Source of the DNA: Octopus vulgaris
Taxonomy: Eukaryota
Reading direction: 5' to 3'
Assembly: GCA_951406725.2 (NCBI GenBank)
Contig: OX597837.1
Location: 35,278,001-35,342,000 of the forward strand
Length of the DNA: 64,000 nucleotides
Part shown: positions 38,261-51,076 of the stretch, in pieces
How the letters are laid out: the number at the start of each line of letters is the position of its first letter
Numbering within the stretch: position 1 is the stretch's first letter
The notes under the pieces: generated by a model
What the model saw: the letters and a program-made list of their open reading frames with translations, nothing else
Database searches by the model: none
What the model was told of the DNA's origin: nothing
Position numbers and translations under genes: made by a program

Positions 38261-38808
38261 TATATATATATGTATATATATACATAAGTAAAGTAGTTAG
38301 TGAGGTGCTTTGTCACTGAGATGCTAGAATGGTTTCTTACTAACAACAATAACAAAAACACAGGCGCAAAACATGTGAATTGAAGAATTTATTACAAAGC
38401 TGCATAACATTTAATTGGGATAAAATACACAGACAAAGCTAGCCTATATCGGTTGTCAAGTAATGGTTGGGGGACAAACACAGACACCCAAATACATATC
38501 ATCATCATCATCATCGTTTAACGTCCGCTTTCCATGCTGGCATGGGTTGGACGATTTGACTGAAGACCGGCAAACCAGATGGCTGCACCAGGCTCCAATC
38601 TTGATCTGGCAGAATATCTAACGCCAACCACTCCGAGACTGTAGTGGGTGCTTTTATATGCCACCGGCACAGGGGCCAGTCAGACGGTACTGGCAATGGC
38701 CATGTTCAAATGGTGTTTTTTACATGCCACCTGGGCAGGAGCTAGTCCAGCGGAACTGGCAATGACCTCGCTCAAATGTTTTTTTTACGTGCCACCGACA
38801 TACATATA

Positions 38809-38845
<37 letters not shown>

Positions 38846-39113
38846 GATGGACTTCTTTCAGTTTCTGACACATATATCTAATCACAAAGCTTTGGTCAGC
38901 CTGAGGCTAGAGTAGAAAAGACACTTGCCCAAGGTGTCATGCAGTGGGACTGAACCTGGCACCATATGGTTGGGAAGCAAGCTTTTTACCACACAGCCAG
39001 CTGAGATAAATCTAACTGTTCTCTATGGCAAACGTGATATAAAAATCAAATTGGTGGAAGAAATGTCACTAGACATTTTTCCTAATGCACTAATTACAAT
39101 CCTGACAGCTTGC

Positions 39114-39177
<64 letters not shown>

Positions 39178-39179
39178 TT

Positions 39180-39738
39180 AAATGCCCTGATGCAGTACCA
39201 GGCAGTGGATCTCATGGCTTCTGATCTTAACTGATTGGAAGTGTTATCATGTACATTGTTTTGTCTTGGTATAAAAGATGGGCTACAGCAAATATTCTGC
39301 TCAATACCACAGATTTGCTTGTCAGTTGTTTGACCATAACCAGTTGAGCATGTCCCTTAGTGGCTGACGATATGTGCATCTCTGATCACGAGCAGAAGTA
39401 GTGGGGGAGCATCATAGCCATGTGCTGAGAGGGATTCTTTGGGGTTTGAATAATTCACCTCTGGAAACATGAGTGTTTTGTTCAACATCCTTAAACAATC
39501 CTTATTCAGGGACCTTTTGAGCAGGATGGGTTACTCGGCCAGAAGAAAATTCTAACTGGGCCCCACCTGCAAAATCATGCACTGTTTATCTTAATATGAG
39601 ATCACCTTGTCACGCACATATGGTTGTGATGCATGTGCCTGGTGTACCCTTATCAGACGGGTAGTCATGATGGGTATATTGGGCTTCGTATATTTTACCC
39701 CAGTGTCACTTTGATGGCATGCACTGCTCTCTCACTCA
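39180..39738. mobile_element. Probable non-coding insertion sitting within (TAA)n
   Basis: ~560-nt higher-GC block flanked on both sides by (TAA)n; no ORF or TIR recognised. Confidence 0.45.
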
Positions 39739-41268
39739 ATAATAATAATAATAATAATAATAATATGGCCGTTGCCAGCTTCGTCTGGTCCCCGTGCTGG
39801 TGGCACGTAAAAAGCACCATCCGATCGTGGCCGTTTACTAGCCTCGTCTGGCACCTGTGCCAGTGGCACATAAATAGCACCCACTACACTCACGGAGTGG
39901 TTGGCGTTAGGAAGGGCATCCAGCTGTAGAAACACTGCCAGATCAGACTGGGCCTGGTGCAGCCTTCTGGCTTCCCAGACCCCAGTTGAACCGTCCAACC
40001 CATGCGAGCATGGAAAGCGGACGTTAAACAATGATGATGATGATGATGATGATGAATTCTGTCTACTGTTGACACAAGGCCTCAAAACTTTGCAGTAGAG
40101 GCTAGTTGATTACAACAACCCCCATTGCTTAACTGGTACTGATTTTGTTGACCTCTTAAAGGATAAAAAGCAAAGTCAACCTCAATGGAATTCGAACTCC
40201 AAATGTAAAGAAGGATGAGATGCCACAAAGCTGTTTGTCAGGTGTGCTAACAACTCAGCCAAGATGAATAAGAAAGACTAAAGCCCAGAAAAATTAATAT
40301 ATTCATAAATTAATCACTTTATTTCTTATGTTTTTTTCCTTATTGTTTTTTTTTTTCCTTCTATTGTTGTTTTGTGGTTTATTTATTTATTTATTTATTT
40401 ATTTATTATATCTCATAATTTTTTTATGTATTATTGTTCGCATTGTACGCCGAAGGCGGCCCCCAGGCCTTCCCCCACACCGCTTCCTGTATGCTATTTT
40501 CAGCTTCTAAACCAACCACAAAGACTAAAAAAACCTGAGCTTTTAAGATAATTAGCTCGTTAAGAGAATTAAAAGATTAATGCTTTAACAGCTATTACAG
40601 AATTGAGTGGCTCGAATTGTCACATGCGCGCATGTGAGTGCGCGTGCGTGCATGCATGTGTGTGCACATGCATGTGCGAGTGTGTCTGTGCACACGTGTG
40701 TATTTTTTATGAAGAAGACAGTGGAATGGACTATCCCTGTATCTGAAAAATCCTGCACTAAGTCACGTTCAGTCTACCAGGAGATTACATTAAGAGTATT
40801 GTTTTATCCATTTCTATATAAAATATATATATATTAATTACATATTTCATGTGTGTATACAAATACATAGTGGAGGTGCAATGGTCCAGTGGTTAGGGCA
40901 GTGGACTCGTGGTCGTAGGATTGCAGTTTCAATTCCCAGACCGGGCGTTGTGAGTGTTTATTGAGCAAAAACACTTAAAGCTCCATGAGGCTCCGGCAGA
41001 GGGTGTGTGGTGGCAAACCCTGCTGTACTCCTTCACCACAATTTTCTCTCACTCTTTCTTCCTGTTTCTGTTGTACCTGTATTTCAAAGAAGCCAGCCTT
41101 GTCACACTCTGTGTCACACTGAATCTCCCCGAGAACTATGTTAAGGGGTACACATGTCTGTGGAGTACTCAGCCACTTGCACGTTAAATTCACGAGCAGG
41201 CTGTTCCATTGATATTGATCAAATCAACTGGAACCCTTGTCATCATAACCGACGGTATGCCACGACGT

Positions 41269-41361
<93 letters not shown>

Positions 41362-41869
41362 TATATTCTTTTACTCTTTTATATGTTTCAGTCATTTGAC
41401 TGCAGCCATGCTGGAGCAATGCCTTTAGTTGAACAAATCAACCCCAGAACTTTTTCTTTGTAAGCCTAGTACTTATTCTATTGGTCTCTTTTGCCAAACT
41501 GCTAGGTTACAGGGATATAAACACACCAGCATCAGTTGTCAAGCGATGTTGGGGGGACAAACAGAGATACACAACCATATACACACACATGCATATATAT
41601 ATATATATATATATATCATCATCATCATCATCATCGTTTAACGTCCGTTTTCCGCGCTAGCATGGGTTGGACAGTTCGACCGGGGTCTGGGAAGCCAGGG
41701 GCTGCTCCAGGCTCCAGTCTGATCTGGCAGAGTTTCTACGGCTGGATGCCCTTCCTAACGCCAACCACTCTGCGAGTGTAGTGGGTGCTTTTTACGTGCC
41801 ACCTGCACAGGTGCCGGGGGGGGGGCCGGCATCGGCCACGATTGGTTGGAGCTTTTAACGTGCCAGCCA

Positions 41870-42100
41870 ATCATCAAAATCTCAAAGCTATCTGTTACTT
41901 AGGTGACCAAGTCTGTAGTGGGGTTGGTTGCTCTGAGAGTGCAGCAGCTAGAATAAGGATAGCCTGAGCAAAGTTCAGGGAGCTCCTACTTCTGCTGGCA
42001 ACTAAGGGCCTCTCGCTCAGGATGGAAGGTAGACTGCATGATGCATGTATGCGAACTGCCATGTTACACAGCAGTGAATCATGGGCCATGACTGCTGAGA
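41870..42100 (+). mobile_element. RTE-clade LINE fragment (post-RT region)
   Basis: ICYLGDQVCSGVGCSESAAARIRIA*AKFRELL.LLATKGLSLRMEGRLHDACMRTAMLHSSESW. Confidence 0.75.
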
Positions 42101-42223
42101 GCATGCTTCCCAACCACAGAGTTCCAGGTTCAGTCCCACTGCATGGCACCTTGGACAAGTGTCCTTAGCTATAAGCCTCAGGCCTCCCAAAGCCTTGTGT
42201 GTGTGTGTATGATAAACGATACA

Positions 42224-42257
<34 letters not shown>

Positions 42258-43073
42258 TGTATCGTTTATCTTTTACTTGTTTTAGTCATTAGAATGTGGC
42301 CATGCTGGAGCAGCGCCTTATTAGTTAAATGAATTGACTGCAATACTTTATTTTTCTTTTCAACCTGGTACGCATTTTGTTTGTCTCTTTTGCCAAACAA
42401 CTAAGTTACAGGAATGTAAACACACCAACACTGGTTGTCAAGTGCTGGTGGTGGACAAACACAAGCGGATATATAAATATATATATACAAGATAAGAAAA
42501 TGGAGAAATACATCTAAATCAAATATCAATTACCAGATAATACTCAATCACATACTTTGGTGGTTTAATAAAGTATGTGATTGGGTATTATCTGGTAGTT
42601 GATAATTGATTTAGATGTATTTCTCCATTTTCTTATCTTGTATTAGTAATTTGTGGTAAATCATTTTACCTTTGCCCATATAATACAGTAAATGAATTGA
42701 TTGCATCGCAATCCTTAACATTTATGTATTAACTTTGTTGGGTACTTCACTAGCAGTATATTGGATATATGTTATCCCATGGAGGGTTGCATTTACAACC
42801 CCTATCTCAATTTGTATATATATATATATATATATATATTCTTTGACTCTTTTACATATTTCAGTCATTTGACTGCAGCCACGTTGGAGGACTGCCCTGA
42901 AGGTATTTTGTTAGTCAAAGAAATCTACCCCAGGACTTATTCCTTGTAAGCCTAGTGCTTATTCTATCAGTCTCTTTTGCCAAATCGCTAAGTTTCAGAG
43001 ACATAACACACCAACATCAGTTGTCAAGTGATGGTGGGGGGACAAATACAGTCACAAAGACATACACACATAA

Positions 43074-43147
<74 letters not shown>

Positions 43148-43399
43148 CACACACACACACACATACATATCTATATGATGGGCTTCTTTCTGTTTCCGTC
43201 TGCTACATCCACTCATAGCAGAAGACACTTTTCCTAAGTGCCACGCAGTGGTACTGAACCCAGAACCATGTGGTTGGGAAGCAAGTTTCTTATCACACAG
43301 CCATGCCTGTTCAGTATATGTTTTTCATTGTTTATATATCCGTGGGAGCTACGACTACCAACTGCAGACCCTACACACTTATAGTAACAGTAATTTTTC

Positions 43400-44330
43400 C
43401 ATACATCCTCCAGTGAGATACTCAGCCACATTATCTGTGAGATTTCCTGTGGTCATTAAGTGTTACAGGTTTATCAGTATCAAACACCCTCACCCAATTG
43501 GCTCAGCTGGGATTGATCAAACCCCAGCTTCTAGCTCTACCTCTGGTAGCACTGCTCCTTCCAGGGCTCATACCTAATCCACAATCACCTGGAGTTACCT
43601 CCACAGACAACCTAATGTCCTTCTCAGGCGGCGAGCTGGCAGAAACGTTAGCACGCCGGGCGAAATGCGTAGCCGCATTTTGTCTGCCGTTACGTTCTGA
43701 GTTCAAATTCCGCCGAGGTCGACTTTGCCTTTCATCCTTTCGGGGTCGATTAAATAAGTACCAGTTATGCTCTGGGGTTGATATAATCGACTTAACCCGT
43801 TTGTCTGTCCTTGTTTGTTCCCTCTGTGTGTAGTCCCTTGTGGGCAGTAAAGAAATATAATGTCCTTCTCAGCTACCTCCAAAGACAACCTGATAGCCTT
43901 TTGCCTACTGGCTCCTGTGATGCCCAGCATGATATAAGCTCTGCCATTAAGGCCTGGCCTGCAAACCGTCTGTATCCCACCTTTTTTGCTAACCATTGCT
44001 TTGGTGTAACTCCATAAGCTCCCAGCCCCATTTGTCTCCTCACTCTGGCCCTCCTAGGAAACAGGGAGTTCTAACGGAAGCATTGTTTGGATGTTTCTGC
44101 GATCAACACAATATCCGGCCTTGGTGAGATTTAGGTAACGGTTTGGGGGACTTCAGCTGCTACCCCAGGTTCTTGCAACTCCCAAGTTTGTTTTTTTTTT
44201 ATTTTTGAAGTTACAGGGAGTCCTAGAGGGACTTACTTATGAGCTGACATCTTCTTCACCCCAGGTCTGACAAAGGTAATTAACTTTTTTGTAGGGCAGA
44301 GATGCTTGCATATGGTTCATTTCTCCTCCT
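43400..44330 (-). mobile_element. HERO-like RLE non-LTR retrotransposon 3' fragment, split by a family B SINE
   Basis: Minus-strand reading across shifts: ITFVRPG...QLK.P...RPDIVLIAETSKQ..LELPVS*E...RAYIMLGITGASRQKAIR...AEK / SR*LWIR, followed by a 3' UTR. Confidence 0.7.
43628..43857 (+). mobile_element. SINE family B with 15-nt target-site duplication
   Basis: TAATGTCCTTCTCAG at 43613-43627 and 43858-43872. Confidence 0.9.
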
Positions 44331-44699
44331 CTGCCTCCTCCTCCTTTTATTGTCTATCCTCTTTCATCACGGTCGCCTCCCCCAATACATTTGTTACCTC
44401 TTCTCTCTCTCTCTCTCCCTTTTTTGCTCTCTTACTCTCAGCCCTCAGCCTGTCTGACTACCAAAGCGAGAAATAACAGTCGAGGTGATGATGAAGTTAT
44501 TTGCCTTTGAAAGCGTAGCCTTCATTAGGGCAGACATCGTCACAAACAGAATAATTGATATTATCACAGAGAATAGGTAATAGGTAAGATAGGAATTGGG
44601 AAGCAATAAAGAGAAGATCAGTTCCATGTCATTCCTGTAAGCCTCTCAAAGAGAGGGTCTAATTTCACAGCAGCATTGAATGCATATAGATAGGTTAAG

Positions 44700-45085
44700 G
44701 TGCAGGAGTGGCTGTGTGGTAAGTAGCTTGCTTACCAACCACATGGTCATGGGTTCAGTCCCACTGTGTGGCACCTTGGGCAAGTGTCTTCTACTATAGC
44801 CTTGGGCCGACCAAAGCCTTGTGAGTGGATTTGGTAGACGGAAACTCAAAGAAGCCCGTCGAGTGTGTGTGTGTGTGTGTGTGTATGTTTGTGTGTCTGT
44901 GTTTGTCCCCCAACATCGCTTGACAACCGATGCTGGTGTGTTTACGTCCCCGTCACTTAGAGGTTCGGCAAAAGAGACCGATGGAATAAGTACTAGGCTT
45001 ACAAAGAATAAGTCCTGGGGTCGATTTGCTCAACTAAAGGCAGTGCTCCAGCAAGGCCAAGGTCAAATGACTGAAACAATAAAAG
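44700..45085 (+). mobile_element. SINE family A copy
   Basis: Matches family A; further copies at 45638-46012(+), 47000-47625(-), 55610-56025(+) and 60635-60915(-). Confidence 0.85.
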
Positions 45086-46098
45086 AATATGATTTTGTAT
45101 ATTTCATTACTCATATCCCACATATATGTGTGAATTTGAATACACATACACACATATATACATATATATACTGACATACACATACTTTAGAAACACACTC
45201 ATACATACACATATACACGCACATAGTATACACATATCTTTTATCCTAGTGTTGTTGTGTCGAGTGAAGATGCATGGCCCAGTGGTTAGAGCTTTGGGCT
45301 CACAAGCGTGAGGTCATTGAGTTCGATTCTCGGACTGGGCTGTGTGTTGTATTCTTGAGCAAGACACTTTATTTCATGGTTCTCCAGTTCACTCAGCTGT
45401 AGAAATGAGTTGCAATGTCACTGGTGCCAAGTTGTATCAGCCTTTGACTTTCCTTTAGATAACATCATTGGCGTGGAGAGGAGAGGCTGGTATGCATGGA
45501 CGACTGCTAGTCTTCCATAAGCAACCTTGCCCGGACTTGTGCCATCCCATAATCATTCATGACCAAAGGCAGTCTTGACCCCTTTTGCCCTATATATACA
45601 TATGTATATGTTTGTATATGTGTATGTGTATCTATATAGGCGTAGGAGTGGCTGTGTGATAAGTAGCAGCATGGCACCTTAGGCAAGCGTCTTCTACTAT
45701 AACCTCGGGCTGACCAAAGCCTTGTGAGTGGATTTGGTACACGGAAACTGAAAGAAGCCTGTTGTATATATATATGCATGTGTGTGTGTATGTTTGTGTG
45801 TCTGTGTTTGTCCCCCTACAATCGCTTGACAACCGATGCTGGTGTGTTTACGTCCCCGTAACTTAGCGGTTTGGCAAAAGAGACCGATAGAATAAGTACT
45901 CGGCTTACAAAGAATAAGTCCTGGGGTCGACTTGCTCAACTAAAGGTGGTGCTCCAGCATGGCCCCGCAGTCAAATGACTGAAACAAGTAAAAGAGTAAA
46001 AGAGTAAAGAGTATATATATATATATATATATATAATAATGAAGGGTGAAATTAATTAATTATCAATTACACCAAGTAGTCTTCGGCATGTAAAAGCC

Positions 46099-46242
46099 AC
46101 GAATTGCCTTACCACAGACCGAATTTAGAAATAGCAGTCAAAGAGTTATAGCTATTATAGCAGTCAAAGAGTTATAGTAGAAGAAATAGCTATAACTCTT
46201 TGACTGCTATTTCTAAATTCGGTCTGTGGTAAGGCAATTCGT
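46099..46242. repeat. Perfect inverted repeat (58-nt arms) in an element between (TA)n tracts
   Basis: Arms 46099-46156 and 46185-46242; the loop contains a partial direct copy of the arm end. Confidence 0.85.
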
Positions 46243-47240
46243 TGCTAAACCCTTTATTGCTATATATATATATATATATATATTTATAAATAAGGATAAT
46301 TTAAATATCGATATCATCAAGTGGCCAGCATGGGGAAAATACCATACAATGGTAATAATTCTTTACAACTAAAAATAAGGGTGTCTGAGAGACACCACCA
46401 TGCCGAAATAGCAGTCAAATCCCTGACTTTAAAAAACCACGTTAAATGCTCATATATATATATATATATATACATGATTATAGGACTGCATTGTGTGTTG
46501 TGTTCTTGAGCAAGACACTTTATTTTACATTGCTCCAGTTCACTCAGCTGTGGAAATATGTTGTGATGTCATTGATGCCAAGCTGTATTGACCTTTGCCT
46601 TTCCCTCGGGTGACCTCAGTGGCATGGAGTGGGGAGGCTGGTATGTATGGGGGACTGCTGGTCTTCTATAAGCAACCTGGCCCAGACTTGTGCCTCAGAG
46701 GGGAACTTTCTAGGGTGTCTTTGCCCTGTGTTGTTGTAGCTCTTGAATGTTGCCACTCCATTGACAAAGAGGGCAGACCAACATTTTGCATGAATGGGGC
46801 ACCAGTCTGTTGCTGGGTGGCCTCTTTACAGCTGAGTGGACTGAAGCAATGTCAAATGAAGAGGTTTGCTCAAGAACACATTGTACTACCAGTGTTGGAA
46901 TTGAAACCATTATCTTGTGATTGTGAGTGCAACAGCTTTAACCCTTAGTCTATGCACTTTCCCCATCATAACAGCGTTTTCAAATTTTGACACTTTCTTT
47001 TACTCTTTTACTTTTTTTACTTGTTTCAGTCATGTGACTGTGGCCATGCTGGAGCACTGTCTTTAATCGAGCAACTCGACCCCGGGACTTATTCTTTGTA
47101 AGCCCAGTACTTATTCTATCGGTCTCTTTTGCCGGACCGCTAAGTGACGGGGACATAAACATACCAGCATTGGTTGTCAAGCAATGCTAGGGGGACAAGC
47201 ACAGACACAAACACACACACATACACATACATACATACAC

Positions 47241-47283
<43 letters not shown>

Positions 47284-47335
47284 CATATATATATATATAT
47301 ACATACATATATATATATATATATAATACATATAT

Positions 47336-47460
<125 letters not shown>

Positions 47461-47869
47461 TACATATATACGACGGGCTTCTTTCAGTTTCTGTCTACCA
47501 AATCCACTCACAAGACTTTGGTTGGCCCGAGGCTAGAGTAGAAGACACTTGCCTAAGGTGCCACGCAGTGGGACTGAACCCGGAACCATGTGGTTGGTAA
47601 ACAAGCTACTTACCACACAGCCACGCAATTTCAAGAGAGGGGTGGAATCGATTACATCATCTCCAGTGTCCTCGTTTTATCAATCCCGAAAGGATGAAAT
47701 GCAAAATCGACCCTGATAGAATTTGAACACAGAATGTTAAGATGGACAAAGCCCAACATGTTAACCATTCTGCCATCTTGCTACCTTACTTCTCTCTCTC
47801 AATTATTGGTTCCAAATTTTGGCACAAGGCCAGTGGTTTCGGGGGAGGAATGAGTCAATTTAGAAGGGG

Positions 47870-48060
47870 ACAAGTCGATAATAAAAGTGCACAAGTCGAT
47901 TATAAGAGGGAATAAGTGGTGAGGGGACAAGTCAATTATAAGAGGGGAGAAGTGGAGAGGAGACGAGTCAATTATAAGAAGGGTAAGTTGATTATAAGAG
48001 GGGACAAGTCGATTACAAGAGGGGACAAGTCGATAATAAGAGGGGATAAGTCAATTATAA
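47870..48060. repeat. ~21-nt minisatellite (AAGAGGGGACAAGTCGATTAT)
   Basis: About 9-10 degenerate units; resembles part of the neighbouring family B SINE tail. Confidence 0.8.
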
Positions 48061-48084
48061 CTGTCTTATCTAACATCATAATAA

Positions 48085-48226
48085 TACATTATTTACATTT
48101 GACGGATATTTGTCCTCATCTTGTTAGTTGTTAACACAACATTTCAGCTGATGTACCCTTCAGCCTTCATCAGGTGTCTTGGGTGAAATTTTGAACCTGG
48201 GTTCTCATTCCTAAGGTATATTTTTA

Positions 48227-48285
<59 letters not shown>

Positions 48286-48424
48286 TCACTGCCTGGAATC
48301 GAACTCAGAATCTTGGCGTTGGTAGCCCGCGCTCTTAACCACTACACCGTGTGCCCACTACCTGGAATCGAACTCAGAATGGCTACTAACCCCAAGATTC
48401 CGAGCTCGATTCCAGGCAGTGACA

Positions 48425-48500
<76 letters not shown>

Positions 48501-48690
48501 CAACAACAACGAAAAAATACCTTAGGAATGAGAACCCAGGTTTGAAATTTCCCCAAGACACCTGAAGAAGGCTGGAGGGTATATCAGCCGAAACATTGTG
48601 TTAACAACAAACAAGATGAGGACAAATATCCATCAAATGTAAATAATGTAAATAATGTACATAATTCTTCATCTCTTAAATATAAGAACT
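48085..48690. mobile_element. Head-to-head pair of a tRNA-head + (TAA)n + hammerhead-like element
   Basis: Minus copy 48357-48085: GGTGTAGTGGTTAAG...GAGTTCGATTCC, (TAA)n, then GACAC-CTGATGA-A-GGCTG...CAGCT-GAAATGTT-GTGTT (48178-48133). The 5'-truncated plus copy from 48381 has GACAC-CTGAAGA-A-GGCTG...CAGCC-GAAACATT-GTGTT (48557-48602). Confidence 0.75.
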
Positions 48691-48758
48691 GTATCAGAAT
48701 ATTAATTAAAAAACAAAATATTAAAACAAAAAATCTAAAAAATTAATCTTTTACTTAC

Positions 48759-49060
48759 TTTATTTTGCTGAACTTTTTGGAATTTGATGCCACGTAGCAC
48801 TTATTTGTTTCCAATAATGATGGAGTAAGAATTCTGGTGCCAGTGTTGGGTGTGTAAATTCGTTGGATTTTACCAAATTGTGGTGCCAAGGTATCAGTCA
48901 GGTGTACCAAAACCGATTCCCAAGAGGGGAATTTCTTTTGATTGTAAAGAATATGTTTACCAGCAAAATGTCGGTCACCGTTCAAATAAAACATGCACCG
49001 TGCCACCACAAGCTTATGTCGGTCAAAAATATTCTCAGATGCATTCGATGCTGATCCCAT
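48759..49060 (-). CDS. DCDC2: Coding exon (probably the first) of a doublecortin-domain protein, DCDC2-like; encodes one DCX domain
   Basis: Translation MGSASN...FYLNGDRHFAGKHILYNQKKFPSWESVLVHLTDTLAPQFGKIQRIYTPNTGTRILTPSLLETNKCYVASNSKKFSKI has the DCX/DCDC2 pattern (NGD..F.G, PxFG...IYTPxTGxRI, YVA....FxK). The frame ends in AA|GTAAGT (donor GT at 48758-48757, phase 2), which from memory matches the end of the first coding exon of vertebrate DCDC2. Downstream exons not found. Orthology versus paralogy not resolved. Confidence 0.85.
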
Positions 49061-50295
49061 TTTTTCTTTCTGGGCTTCTGTTATTTATTTGTTTGTGTGT
49101 GGGGGGGGGGGGGGGCAAATTGTCTAAAATATTTTGTAAGACTAAAAAACAATGCCAAAACCACCCTTTAAAAATAACAAATAAATCAAAGGGCCCTTAT
49201 AACTAAGTATTTTCTTTGTTCAAAAGACCCCTGTCTTGATATCCTAAAACCCTGTAACCCTAGATTAAACAATGGTTCATCCCCAATTTTAATCCAATTT
49301 TAACCACAAATTATTCAGTAGATTAACTGTTTATCAAGTTACAGACTATTATTTGCTACCACTTCTTACGTTATCCCTAATCCGCTCATTATTTATCAAC
49401 AAATTACAATACGTAGAAACAGCAGTTTATCCATAGATTATCCACAGATTAACTACATATTTTCTATCTTTTAGTTATCCTGTATTCTACCCACAGATTA
49501 ATTCCCACTAGATCAAACAGTTTATCAAGAGACTTTTAACCTCGATAAATTTTATCCACGGTTCATCTAAAATCTAATTACCGTAGAGTCAAAGTTTAGG
49601 AACCCAGAGGAAGATGGTCACTCTATTCCTAGACTATTCTTACTTTACTAAATTACCCACAGCCCCCACTTTCTGTTCATAGACTAATTCCCACTTTGCC
49701 AAACAGTTCACCAAAAGGTTTTTAACCCCAACAATTTCATCTACTGTTCATCCAAAACCTAAATATCATAAGGTAAAATTTAGGGTAAATCCAAAACTAA
49801 AATCGTAACAGACTGTCTGCGTTTGTTCACAAGAATTAATCCATTGATGAGTTCATGCCAAAGTCGGTAACGTGAAATTCAGCAAAGTATACAAAAGTGG
49901 TTTTTATCCTGCGTCCTTAAAAACGTAGCAGAAACAGAAAATGGTGTTGTCACTTTGGTTGTATTTAAAACAGATTAATCAGTTGTTGACAGGTTAGTTG
50001 GTCTTTCTATGAATTAGCCACAGTCTTTCTCCAAATTAGACTCCCTTTAGACTGTCTACTCTCTTCCAAATCAATTACTTCACAAGATTTACAACAATTT
50101 CATTACAGACCACCAGCAGTAAAGCGTACATATCCTTGGATTAGCTGGAACCTATTCATTCTTTATCAAAATGGGTTATTTGAGGATTAGCTTCTGTCTA
50201 TCAAAAGTGTATGCACAGGCCTGGTTACGGTCATTTAATCCTTCCTGGGTTGTAATGTTGCAATTGTTGTCAAGGGTGGAGACAGCAGTAATGGT

Positions 50296-50670
50296 AGTGA
50301 TGATGGTGGTGGTGGTGGTGGTGGTGGTGGTGGTGGTGGTGGTGGTGGTGGTGGTGGTGGTGGTGGTGGTGGTGGTGGTGGTGGTGGTGGTGGTGGTGGT
50401 GGTGGTGGTGGTGGTGGTGGTATTGGTGGTGGTGGTGGTGGTGGTGGTAGTGGTGGTGGTGGTGGTGGTGGTGGTGGTGGTGGTGGTGGTGGTGGTGGTG
50501 GTGGTGGTGGTGGTGGTGGTGGTGGTGGTGGTGGTGGTGGTGGTGGTGGTGGTGGTGGTGGCAGCGGTGGTGGTGGTGGTGGTAGTGGTGGTGGCGGTGG
50601 TGGTGGTCGTGGTGATGGTTGTGATGGTGGTGGTGGTGGTGGTGGTGGTGGTGGTGGTGGTGGTGGTGGT
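50296..50670. repeat. (GGT)n microsatellite, ~370 nt
   Basis: Direct reading; a (TTA)n tract follows at ~50910-51115. Confidence 0.95.
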
Positions 50671-50961
50671 ATCAGTATTTAGGCCCAGGTTTGGCCCCAG
50701 TGAAACAGTTCTACGATCAAAGATCATTTGTGTTCTTGCTGCTGCTGCTACTGTTGTTGTTGTTGTTGTTGTTGTTATCGTGGTTGTTATTGTTGTTGCT
50801 GGCGGCAGCAGCAGCAGCAGTGGTGGTGATGGTAGTAGTGATCATATAGATTTATAATGTCTTTTGTTCATTATTATAATTGCTATTTTATCATGATCGT
50901 CATCATAAAATATTATTATCATTATTATTATTATTATTATTATTATCATTATTATTATTAC

Positions 50962-51076
<115 letters not shown>

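Noticed and set aside
50171-50857. 228-aa poly-Val ORF with signal-peptide-like start and antisense mucin-like poly-Thr ORF
   Set aside because: Explained by (GGT)n; no splice or homology support.
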